In this document: one piece after another, positions 19,893 through 28,989 of the stretch
How positions within the stretch are numbered: the stretch's first letter is position 1
How the letters are laid out: the number at the start of each line of letters is the position of its first letter
NCBI GenBank assembly: GCA_964453525.1
Contig: CAYVOV010000011.1
Span: forward strand, 36,633 to 100,632
DNA from: an uncultured Dehalococcoidales bacterium
GTDB taxonomy: Bacteria > Chloroflexota > Dehalococcoidia > Dehalococcoidales > UBA2162
Direction: 5' to 3'
Length of the DNA stretch: 64,000 nt
Translations under genes and position numbers: made by a program
The notes under the pieces: model-generated
The model's input: the letters and a program-made list of their open reading frames with translations, nothing else
Database searches by the model: none
Told to the model about the DNA's origin: nothing

Positions 19893-20939
19893 TTAGGAGG
19901 AACCAAATAATATCATTTCATCAACACACAAGACAGGTATTTCGGTAGCTTCCCAGATTTGCTTCGCTTGGCTCAAATTGCTTTCCCAAATTATGTCCGG
20001 CTTAATTTTCAGCAAACTCTCTATTTTATTCTGGGCTAGCTTGCCATCTCGCTCCAGCTTGGATGAGATATTCCATAAGATTAACTCTTTATAGCCAACT
20101 CCGTGTTGGGCTAACCACTCCTCGGTATCAGAACGGTATTTCTCAAGCCTGTTTGATACAATCACATCGATTTCAAAGACAGGAATAATGTATGGTTTGG
20201 CAGTTCTTATCCACTCAATATACAGTTCTTCATCTGAATCAAAGCCGGGCGGACAGTTTTCACAAATGACACCGTCTAAATCTGCGGCGAGCCTCCCCTT
20301 ATTCGCATGCACAAGGCACCATTCAAATAACCGTGGGTGCGGTATGATTTTGTAATATAAATCGACTAATGTCTTGGAATCCTCGTGTGCCATCAGGGCT
20401 GCCTTGGTGATATTCAGATTTCCACAATGCGAACTTAAAAGCTGCATACTCTTCGCCATGTCCTTTCCAGTGTCAATGCTATCATCAACTAATAAGATAT
20501 TCTTGTGTTCTGCTTTTCCTTTTCTTTCAATTTCCTCACTTAACCAATATTGACCCTGGATGAAGAGTTCTGGCGTGCTTAGTGGTTTCCCAAGTTTTAA
20601 TGCTATTAGACTGGCTACCAGTAATCCACTTCTAGGTATGCCGACTATGACATCATAACTATTTGGTAAAGACTTTACCCATTCGTTTGTCCATATCACT
20701 AGGTCATCGACGCTTACAAAGTTATATTTCCCACCGATAATGCTTCGCTCCAGGTGTTTAGCCCGAAGATAAAGCCTGGAGACAGTTTTGCCATCGCTCT
20801 TCGTTAAGACCGCATTTAGCTTCCTGTAAGCGGGGATGGCGACATTTAAAGCTGCTAACAGAAGATTCTCAACCAGATTTCTCCTTCTCTTAAGGAGAAG
20901 GTGATTCCAATATCTACCTATACCTATTCTTTGTTTCAT
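19893..20939 (-). CDS. Type I phosphoribosyltransferase fused to a HAD-like phosphatase domain
   Basis: IVGIPRSG and ILLVDDSIDTG (PRPP-binding loop), then ADLDGVIC (HAD DxDG) and TEEWLAQHGV. Confidence 0.75.
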   Translation of the reverse strand: MKQRIGIGRYWNHLLLKRRRNLVENLLLAALNVAIPAYRKLNAVLTKSDGKTVSRLYLRAKHLERSIIGGKYNFVSVDDLVIWTNEWVKSLPNSYDVIVGIPRSGLLVASLIALKLGKPLSTPELFIQGQYWLSEEIERKGKAEHKNILLVDDSIDTGKDMAKSMQLLSSHCGNLNITKAALMAHEDSKTLVDLYYKIIPHPRLFEWCLVHANKGRLAADLDGVICENCPPGFDSDEELYIEWIRTAKPYIIPVFEIDVIVSNRLEKYRSDTEEWLAQHGVGYKELILWNISSKLERDGKLAQNKIESLLKIKPDIIWESNLSQAKQIWEATEIPVLCVDEMILFGSS

Positions 20940-21083
20940 CGTTTCGTATCCTATCAGGTAGTATTTCTTCTTTGCTCATATAGAGTTCAGCATAGAATGA
21001 CCTTGTCAGCAGTGCAATGGTAGCCAAACATACGAGATTTGGAGTTCCAAGCGAATATTGCTCTAAAAATATTTTCTCTTTCT

Positions 21084-22598
21084 TCAATTTGATCGGGGAA
21101 CCAGTCCCGAGATTGTTTCCCTCATGAGCTGCCTTTCTTGAGTGGAGAAGGCTTTCATTAAGAAAAGCGCTGCACCAAATATAGCTGCCCCTGCGATTAT
21201 CCCCAAGATAATACCCAAAATGCCGTCAACCCTTATGAAGTAAAGACACAGAGCCATCACGAGGGAGCCAATGACAACCTTGACCAAGAATTTATAGTCA
21301 AAGGAGTATCCGATAGCTCTTCGCGCCCAGATAGTGACAATAGCCGCTAGCACGAAGAAAGACACTGCACTGGAAACTGCTGCTCCCAGTATGCCTATTT
21401 GTGGAATTAGAAAGAGATTGAATCCGATAGAAATGATTGAAGTAGCAACTATTATAAGCGGCAGCCACTTGGTCTGCTTAATTAAGTATATTACATAAGA
21501 GTTAATCTGGTACACACCTGAGAATATTATCCCTATGCCGAGGAGCAAAACAAGTCCCTCACTGGTCAGGAATTCAGAAGTAGTAAGAATCTTCAATAAC
21601 TGCTGAGACAATATTGCTATACCAACAACAGACGGAATAGCAAGACCAAGGAAAATCTTAGTCGAATATTCTAGATAGCTCCTGACCTTTTGTACTTCTC
21701 CTTTTTCCCATAATCCTGCGATTGTATAGAAAACATTAACGGCAATTGGAGTTATAAAAAATGAGCAGAGATTCACTAACGACCAGGAAACAGAGTAAAT
21801 ACCGGTGTAGGAAATTCCGAGAAGATGCGCAATGAAATACCTAGCACTGGAATTCATTATCCAAAGAAGGAAAAATGTAGGCAAAACGGGAATGCCGAAG
21901 AGTAAGTATTCCTTCAATCTGTTGAGGTTCAGAGTTGGTATGCCTACTTCTAGAAAAATCAAACCAAAAATTAGGATGAAAAAAAGACCGTAAATTACAA
22001 TGTTTGAAAATACAACCCATATCAAATCAAATCCATTAATTACGAGTATTGCCAATATCACCGTCTGCAATATGGCGCAGCTCATTTGTATAACGGCTAC
22101 TCTCCTTATTCTACGCAATGCCTTATAATAGCTTAATGATTCCAGGAACATGGCATAAACAGCTATCCATAGGAAAGTCAAAGGAACAAAGGTGACATAT
22201 TCGGGATTGACAAAGATGACTACCGACAAGCCATCTCTAAAAAACAAGGAGAGGGTTAGTATTAGACATGCGATAATGAAAACAGGCCAGATATCTGTGC
22301 CCAGAGCTTGCCGTATTTTTTCTTTGTTTTCTTCTCCTGACATGAATCTGATGTAAGCGGTACCCAGTCCTAGAGATACCAGTGGAGCAATTAATACCGT
22401 TGTTACTGATATCTGTGCCCATACACCGTAGAGTTCGGTATGGAACGACTTTGTCAGCAGTGCAACGTTAACCATACCTGAGAGACTCCGGAGCCCCAGA
22501 CCTAAAAAAGTCCATATAGTATCACGGGTAAACTTCTGGACCTCACTTACTCTGTCACGAGTGAAACTCTGGACCTCACTTATGTTTTCATTAATCAT
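21084..22598 (-). CDS. Wzx-type oligosaccharide flippase
   Basis: 504 aa with many hydrophobic segments in an MOP/PST-family pattern. Confidence 0.88.
   Translation of the reverse strand: MINENISEVQSFTRDRVSEVQKFTRDTIWTFLGLGLRSLSGMVNVALLTKSFHTELYGVWAQISVTTVLIAPLVSLGLGTAYIRFMSGEENKEKIRQALGTDIWPVFIIACLILTLSLFFRDGLSVVIFVNPEYVTFVPLTFLWIAVYAMFLESLSYYKALRRIRRVAVIQMSCAILQTVILAILVINGFDLIWVVFSNIVIYGLFFILIFGLIFLEVGIPTLNLNRLKEYLLFGIPVLPTFFLLWIMNSSARYFIAHLLGISYTGIYSVSWSLVNLCSFFITPIAVNVFYTIAGLWEKGEVQKVRSYLEYSTKIFLGLAIPSVVGIAILSQQLLKILTTSEFLTSEGLVLLLGIGIIFSGVYQINSYVIYLIKQTKWLPLIIVATSIISIGFNLFLIPQIGILGAAVSSAVSFFVLAAIVTIWARRAIGYSFDYKFLVKVVIGSLVMALCLYFIRVDGILGIILGIIAGAAIFGAALFLMKAFSTQERQLMRETISGLVPRSN
22522..22582 (-). 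repeat. 33-bp-period tandem duplication in the flippase N-terminus
   Basis: Encodes SEVQSFTRD-RV-SEVQKFTRD; near-identical DNA copies at 22522-22549 and 22555-22582. Confidence 0.8.
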
Positions 22599-22627
22599 GT
22601 ATATCGTGCCTTTTCACCGATACTTGA

Positions 22628-23581
22628 TAAATGTCGAATGAGTAATAGTGCTCAGGTTGTAAAGTGGCTCAATTCTTTGCCACAGCAATCATCACTCTGC
22701 AAAGCGGTGAACCTTGACATAATAGAAACGGCATGTATTGTTTATCTATTTGTTCTTCAAGCCCTAGTGTAAAATTAGGGTACACTTCTGCCAATGAAGC
22801 GAAACGGTACGCTTCAGGATAAATGAACCTTCTGGGCAAGCTCTTAATTGGCTGGGGGATAAAACGGATTACGGGGCCTAGTCTCCTTATTGACTCCCTT
22901 TTAATTGCCTCTCTTTTCTTTAAAAAGCCCTGTCCGTAAAGCTCTACATGTGCAAAATATCTACCTATTAGTTCATAGAATTCATCTAAGGAGAACTCCC
23001 TAAAATGCCAAGGATTTTTAATGCCAAATAACGCTTTTCTATTGGGTGTTGAGCAGATGAATAGACCATCATCTTTGAGGACTCGTCTGCACTCCTTAAG
23101 GAAATCTTCGTATCTTTCTAGATGCTCTATCGTTTCCATTGAAACTACCACATCGAAGGAATTATCAGCGAACTGCATTTGCTGAGCGTCACAACTGAGG
23201 AAACAAAGCCCGTCTGTTTGATAATGGTGTTGGGCGAATGATATAGCTGCTTCTGAATTATCGCCCCCAACCACGTTTAGGGCGTGCTTACTAATCAAAC
23301 AGCTCGAACCGTAGCCATTTCCGCAAGCTATATCCAAAACAGCCTTACCTTCCACAAATTGTGCCGCAAAAACATATCGTGCCAGGTGTTGCCATAGCGG
23401 AGAAACTTTCATTCTCCCTTCCACATTAGCTCTTTCCTTGAAGTTATCCATATTACCTTTCACTTTAATAGCTACCCAACTTCGCTTATGCTTTCATTAA
23501 TCACGTGTAATAACGTCCTGTTAGTGATACTTATTAAATGTCGAATGAGCAATAGTGCTCAGGTTGTAAAGTGGCTCAATT
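22628..23581. repeat. 47-bp direct repeats (22628-22674 and 23535-23581) flanking the methyltransferase gene
   Basis: TAAATGTCGAATGAG[T/C]AATAGTGCTCAGGTTGTAAAGTGGCTCAATT with one mismatch between the copies. Confidence 0.9.
22669..23463 (-). CDS. Class I SAM-dependent methyltransferase
   Basis: HLARY, VLDIACGNGYG, FDVVVSMETIEH and STPN motifs. Confidence 0.9.
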   Translation of the reverse strand: MKGNMDNFKERANVEGRMKVSPLWQHLARYVFAAQFVEGKAVLDIACGNGYGSSCLISKHALNVVGGDNSEAAISFAQHHYQTDGLCFLSCDAQQMQFADNSFDVVVSMETIEHLERYEDFLKECRRVLKDDGLFICSTPNRKALFGIKNPWHFREFSLDEFYELIGRYFAHVELYGQGFLKKREAIKRESIRRLGPVIRFIPQPIKSLPRRFIYPEAYRFASLAEVYPNFTLGLEEQIDKQYMPFLLCQGSPLCRVMIAVAKN

Positions 23582-23610
23582 ATAAAGCTGGGTGTTGCTT
23601 GCTCAATGAT
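23521..23610 (-). pseudogene. Remnant 3' end of an AsnB-like gene paralog
   Basis: Translates IIEQATPSFIIEPLYNLSTIAHSTFNKYH*, 18/29 identical to the C-terminus of 25284-27017 with the stop codon in the same register. Confidence 0.75.
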
Positions 23611-23738
23611 TACCTTCTAAGACAATGCGAATCTTCTCCTGGACGGTACAAGTTGCTTCGTTTGTTCGGTCCTGGCTTCACCTTGCTATATTATCTGTAG
23701 CTCATTCTCTGGGTCGTGGTCGTGGTCCTGCTCCTTAT

Positions 23739-25157
23739 TTAGCGCTTGAGGAGATACATCCCTCTATCTTCTTCTGGCCTACCCAAAAATGTATAAGTAT
23801 TCAGACAAGAATTACTCAAAATATATTCTATGAATTCGGTTTCATTATAGTTTATATATGCTTTTCTCATCTGTATTTCATTGGTCTGGTGTGTTTCAAA
23901 AAACATAAACTTCGTATCGAGCTTGCCCAGAAATTCTGTAAGTTTGTGATAATCATCTTCATTCTTGAGGAAATGATGGAAAATACTTAATGCCAATACG
24001 ATATCATAGCTTACCTTTTCAACGTCAAATACTGACTTCGGGATAACTTCGAACTTTTTCATTCCTATACTTTTTAATTTATTTAAAAAATATAGCACTC
24101 TGAGATTATTTTCAACGGCATAGCAGGTGAACCCGAAATCTTCCAGTATGTGGCAGAAGTATCCGTAGTTGGCGCCAATATCCAGAACTTCTCCTCTATG
24201 ACACGGTAAGTTGTCCAAGATAAGAGAAGCTCTCTTATCTCCTTTTTCACTGGAAATACTTCTCAGATCTGGATGCAGGAGCGGCTGATACATATGCCCC
24301 TTTTCGCTACCTGAAAGAAGCTCAGCTTTAAATTTCACCCATTCATGATGTTTTCTCGTTATTAAGACGGGTATACTTTCAAGCCCTAATATTTTCGCAA
24401 TTGACAGGCGGTGTCGGCCATCCTCAAGTAAAAGCTCCCCATTCCGCCCGATATTTATTGTAACCTCGTCTAAGAAATTCGCATTCCCGAGTTCCTTCTG
24501 CTTTTTATATCCCTTTGTTTTGATATCAAAATAAAGCTCTTCGATTCGTCTCCATCTGTCGTTAAGTTCTTCTTCTGTTTTGCATCCCCACTTGAAAACA
24601 CCTTTATCAATATCTTTTAAAATTCGACTGTGAGCTTTGCTTTTTGAAAATGGGACTCCGTTTTCGAAATGTTCTCTGAGCGCAATAAAAATATCCAAAT
24701 CTTCAAACTTTTGTCTTCTTAAATCCCAATCTCCACCTTTAATCGTACTAATATTCTTATACTTATAATTATCAGTGAAAATATAATAACGTATTTCGGC
24801 CGGGTTAACATAGACTATTTCGCCTGCTTTAAAGGTTCTTGTCCCACCTCTGAGCATTCCAAACCTGGTTTTCAAGTCTAACCTTATAAACCATAGCCTC
24901 CAATATACTCTTTTCAGTATACTTTTTCCCCATTCAGGACTTACGAGATAAATATTATCTCTTATCCGGTGAAGTAAATTTATTATCACATCCTGCATGT
25001 TGCTGAGGACCACCCTTACAGTAACCTTTAGCCGCCTGGTCAACTCGGCGGCTAAACAAGTTTTGCGTAACATGTATATAGATGAGGTAAACCCCACATT
25101 AATTAGGCATTTTGCCCTTCCAAGCATCAGCAAGTTTTTCACCTCATTGAACAGCAA
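23739..25157 (-). CDS. ParB/sulfiredoxin-like domain fused to a methyltransferase-like domain (start uncertain, possibly 24998)
   Basis: INIGRNGELLLEDGRHRLSIAKILG (ParB-N-like) followed by VLDIGANYGYF and YDIVLALSIFHH. Confidence 0.7.
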   Translation of the reverse strand: MLFNEVKNLLMLGRAKCLINVGFTSSIYMLRKTCLAAELTRRLKVTVRVVLSNMQDVIINLLHRIRDNIYLVSPEWGKSILKRVYWRLWFIRLDLKTRFGMLRGGTRTFKAGEIVYVNPAEIRYYIFTDNYKYKNISTIKGGDWDLRRQKFEDLDIFIALREHFENGVPFSKSKAHSRILKDIDKGVFKWGCKTEEELNDRWRRIEELYFDIKTKGYKKQKELGNANFLDEVTINIGRNGELLLEDGRHRLSIAKILGLESIPVLITRKHHEWVKFKAELLSGSEKGHMYQPLLHPDLRSISSEKGDKRASLILDNLPCHRGEVLDIGANYGYFCHILEDFGFTCYAVENNLRVLYFLNKLKSIGMKKFEVIPKSVFDVEKVSYDIVLALSIFHHFLKNEDDYHKLTEFLGKLDTKFMFFETHQTNEIQMRKAYINYNETEFIEYILSNSCLNTYTFLGRPEEDRGMYLLKR

Positions 25158-25283
25158 ATAAACAATTTATAGGTTAGGAATAAAACTAAACAACCTGGAA
25201 GACTTTCACGCCCCAATACTGAAGCCGTGTATACCTGGGGGGTGAACTTCTGGACTTCAAGTATCAACCATAGTGTTTGAACA

Positions 25284-27017
25284 CTACTTATATTGGCTGA
25301 ATATCGGGTGAGCAATGGTGGCTAGGTTGTAAACCGGTCCACTTATAAAGCTGGGTGGTGCTTGCTCTATGAGTTTGTTTAGAACATTCATATCAAAAAG
25401 CTTATGACAATGTGGAGACTCGTGAAACAATTGAATGAAGTATTGGCGAAGCTCAGAGGAGTAGTACCACATGTACAAGAATGAGTTATTTAGCGATTTC
25501 GATGAGTTTGAAGGTATTGTTCGACTTTGAATCCTGTTGAAGCTAGCCTTAGATATTCTAGCGACAAAATCAACTAAAGTTGGTGTACATGCTCTAGCCT
25601 CTGGTGATAAGACGGGGCCTTTTGTTGTGTCAATATTTCTCAGAGGCGAGTCTAATCCGGTATAGATATAATCATGCATTAATCTGCGGTATAAATACTG
25701 ATGGTAGAGGTACTTTCTGGGTAAACCCGTGAAAAAATCAACTAGTTCATAATCCCAGAAAGGAATCATAACCTGGTAACCGTAGTATCTATGTACGTGG
25801 CACTCGCGCAATGTATATCGCCTGATGCGTTGCTCGACAGTCCAACGTTGTGTGAGGCTTAATATTGTGGGATCATCATCCGGTTTTATCGTCTCCATGA
25901 AGCTTTTATGAACGGTATTCCAATATTTAGAACCCCAGGGGTAAAGTCGCCTTAAACTATGGTCGCTCGTCTTCTTAGCTACCTGTTCAATCGCCAGGCG
26001 AGTTAATCGATGATTAAACGCGTATACGTAATAATCAAGGACATGACTACCAGCAATGAAATCACCCGAATGCCCGGGAAGAAAAACATCACAGGCTGAT
26101 TGGCACTCCTCATTTACAGCATAAGCCCCTATCGGGTGATAATACGTCGTCGTTGGGCCAATCAGCCTGACCAAATCATCGTGCCGTTTACCAGTAAAAT
26201 GCTTTTCGTCCTCCCAGACTATTTTCTTGATTGGTATGGCTAGCGAGTCTGCTACCTGAGATGCAAACACTAAATCTCCATGACCGGGTGGGCCATACGA
26301 ATATGCGGTTAGTGGCACTTCATTTTTACTAAGTCCCCAGGCGATAAATCGTGAATCCATGCCACCGGACAGCGGGACACCCGCAGTCCAGTTCCTCTTC
26401 TTGATAGCATTCGCATAAATTTCAAATATATTCTTGAACAGATGCGACACAAGGTCGAGCAGCTCAGTCTCGGATAGATGCATGTGCTCGGTTAGCTTGT
26501 ATGACCAGTATTGCTTCTGAGACATTAGCGGCTCTTGAGTGTAATCTATACTAATAATTGCATGGGGGGGAAAGTCCAAAACGCCTTCAACGAGCGTGTG
26601 CATTCCCAGTACATAACAGAATTGTAATAGCTGTGCAACTGCTACTTTGTTAAGCTCTTGCGCTTTGATATCACGTACAACCCACCAATAATCATCACTT
26701 ATGAATAGTTTTCCGTTGTAGTGACCCCAATAAACAGGAACAGACCCCCATCTATCTGTAATAACATGAACGCATTTACTCTGCTCATCGGATAATATAA
26801 GTACGAAACTACCGTTCAGATTACCCGCTTCGTTCAGTAATCGCTTTTCATGATACAGTTTCACCGCATACTCGGCAGCTTCCTTATCAAAAAGAATGGT
26901 ATCGGAACAATGTCTAAAATATCCGAAAACCCAGCAGGTTACGGGGGGGATAACTGACACACCGGCAGTGTTCCCTTCTTCCGATATTAAACTGTTGTTT
27001 GTTATACAGAGGTGCAC
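25284..27017 (-). CDS. Asparagine synthase-like ATP-dependent amide ligase lacking the N-terminal catalytic Cys
   Basis: LNGSF, TDRWGSVPVY, PLSGGMDSR and PFWDYELVDF motifs; no Met-Cys-Gly start. Confidence 0.8.
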   Translation of the reverse strand: MHLCITNNSLISEEGNTAGVSVIPPVTCWVFGYFRHCSDTILFDKEAAEYAVKLYHEKRLLNEAGNLNGSFVLILSDEQSKCVHVITDRWGSVPVYWGHYNGKLFISDDYWWVVRDIKAQELNKVAVAQLLQFCYVLGMHTLVEGVLDFPPHAIISIDYTQEPLMSQKQYWSYKLTEHMHLSETELLDLVSHLFKNIFEIYANAIKKRNWTAGVPLSGGMDSRFIAWGLSKNEVPLTAYSYGPPGHGDLVFASQVADSLAIPIKKIVWEDEKHFTGKRHDDLVRLIGPTTTYYHPIGAYAVNEECQSACDVFLPGHSGDFIAGSHVLDYYVYAFNHRLTRLAIEQVAKKTSDHSLRRLYPWGSKYWNTVHKSFMETIKPDDDPTILSLTQRWTVEQRIRRYTLRECHVHRYYGYQVMIPFWDYELVDFFTGLPRKYLYHQYLYRRLMHDYIYTGLDSPLRNIDTTKGPVLSPEARACTPTLVDFVARISKASFNRIQSRTIPSNSSKSLNNSFLYMWYYSSELRQYFIQLFHESPHCHKLFDMNVLNKLIEQAPPSFISGPVYNLATIAHPIFSQYK

Positions 27018-27083
27018 GCTAAGGATTCTCCATCATGGTATTTTGGGTTAAGCTTCATAACTCGCTTTACTACAATCCGCAAT

Positions 27084-27920
27084 TTATGTATTATTTTCAG
27101 CAATAATCCAGCCACGTCTTTCAGACCGATTACGAACTATCGTGCTGAAACCACTAGACTGAAGGTGAGATAGCAGGTCTGTATCTGTATTGCTGGTCCA
27201 AAAATCACAATGATAGGCTACAAGAATCATATTGAATCGTTGAAGAACACTGCTTGGGGAACTGAGTAGAATAGGAAATTCTGCTCCTTCGCAGTTTAGT
27301 TTCATAAAATGGCATCTATCTATCTTATTACTTTCCAAGAAATCTGCTAAAGTGGAGGACTGCACGATTTCATAATGATGAGAACGGCGGTGGTTAACTA
27401 TAGAGTGCCCCCAATTGCCCCAACCGTAATAAATTCTACAAGTTCCTTGTCTATCTGTTATAGCCAGATGATGCACGGATATATTGGTAGCGTTATTCAA
27501 GGCAACATTTATGCGTAACAAGTTGAAGGAGTCTTCACTGGGTTCAATCGCATACACTTTGCCACGTTTAACTTTAGACGAAGCCAATAATGAAAACAGG
27601 CCTATATGAGCACCAACATCAATAATCACATGGTCATCAGCGGTCTGATAGAAAGGAGCCAATGAATTACCCTCTAAGGTCAGTTCGGGAGCTCCTGAAG
27701 AGAAATCGTCATGACTAAAACTACCCGCAATGACTTTTTCGTCTACAGTTCCTTTTCTATATGCAACTTCAAAGCCTTCAAAAGATTCTATTCTTATTGA
27801 TGATGGGCTTTCCAAAGCAGGCCGTTTTAATACACTTATCACTTTACCGTAGATAGGGCTGATTATCGTCTTTAATTTCCTTGGAAGAAACCTTGACATC
27901 CGCTTCATGATATTTGTCAT
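27084..27920 (-). CDS. FkbM family methyltransferase
   Basis: IIDVGAHIG, AIEP and MKLNCEGAE motifs. Confidence 0.88.
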   Translation of the reverse strand: MTNIMKRMSRFLPRKLKTIISPIYGKVISVLKRPALESPSSIRIESFEGFEVAYRKGTVDEKVIAGSFSHDDFSSGAPELTLEGNSLAPFYQTADDHVIIDVGAHIGLFSLLASSKVKRGKVYAIEPSEDSFNLLRINVALNNATNISVHHLAITDRQGTCRIYYGWGNWGHSIVNHRRSHHYEIVQSSTLADFLESNKIDRCHFMKLNCEGAEFPILLSSPSSVLQRFNMILVAYHCDFWTSNTDTDLLSHLQSSGFSTIVRNRSERRGWIIAENNT

Positions 27921-27963
27921 ACTTCATCTGCTCCGAATAACTGGTCGCTGAAATCTTGGCCAC

Positions 27964-28923
27964 CTATTCTTTTGCAAGCTGGAGAGCATGGGCCAGTTGT
28001 CCCATATTAAGGTTGTCTAATAACCCTGCGTCTCGATAGAAACAAAACTCGGCAAAAATATCCTCCAGCCCCTGAAGAAGTCTATCGGGGTTGACAGCCA
28101 GGTTGAAGGGGTGGAAACACATGTGAAAGAGCCGTCGCTCCCGTGCCGCCTGCCGCAACGCCTTCTTCGCTTTCCACACCTGAAGCGCAACAGCTGGGCC
28201 AGAAGTCCAGTAATGGGGTGGTGGGTAGGACAAACACATCGGTAAGTTCCATAATTCCATTCGTTCCTCAGGCAAAACAGTTTGCCCTGCACTTAAACAG
28301 TAAATGAGCCATCGTAATATTCGCGGCATGCTGCTTGTGTTTTTCGGGGGAAGATCACCACGGTAGGCTAAAAATCCGTGCTCTCTCAGTACATCTAAGT
28401 GCCCCACCATCTGCAGTGGAAATACAAACGACCTCAGTGTTACTCCAAACTCTTCAGCCGCCAGCCGGCATGCACGTAGCTCTGATGCAAAGCAGTCCCG
28501 GCTACAACCCGGATCACCCACCTGGATATGAGAAAAGGTGTGACAGCCAATCTCTTGGCTAACCTTACAACTCAGAATCTGCTGGATGATATCTCTGCCG
28601 TACCAGATGGGAGCATCTTCAAGCTGACTGCATGGGTCTACAGCTAACCAGTCATCTGCTAACCAGCTATACGTTGGCCTGATAATCTCCGGGTGTTTTA
28701 CTCCATTTACAGGTTGACATTTCTCAAGGAAGAGATGTCCCACTACAGCCCAGGTAGCACTGATTTGAAATCCCTCGAGAAGCTTAAGTAGTCTGCCTAT
28801 ACACGTTCGCGTGAGTTGAAACCACGCCTTACGCTGGGCTACTTTGTCATAGTGTGCTGAGCCCCAGGCTAGTTCAGTATCAAGGGAAAGAATGAATGTA
28901 CCTTTTTTTAGTAAGTTATTCAT
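27964..28923 (-). CDS. Polysaccharide deacetylase family protein
   Basis: SLDTELAWG, ATWAVVG, EIGCHTFSH and FHPFN motifs. Confidence 0.85.
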   Translation of the reverse strand: MNNLLKKGTFILSLDTELAWGSAHYDKVAQRKAWFQLTRTCIGRLLKLLEGFQISATWAVVGHLFLEKCQPVNGVKHPEIIRPTYSWLADDWLAVDPCSQLEDAPIWYGRDIIQQILSCKVSQEIGCHTFSHIQVGDPGCSRDCFASELRACRLAAEEFGVTLRSFVFPLQMVGHLDVLREHGFLAYRGDLPPKNTSSMPRILRWLIYCLSAGQTVLPEERMELWNLPMCLSYPPPHYWTSGPAVALQVWKAKKALRQAARERRLFHMCFHPFNLAVNPDRLLQGLEDIFAEFCFYRDAGLLDNLNMGQLAHALQLAKE

Positions 28924-28989
28924 TTGTCCAGAATTTCCACTTCGCTAGAGTATGACAACGGGAAGCTGTCATACTTCGTATCTTTCCGC

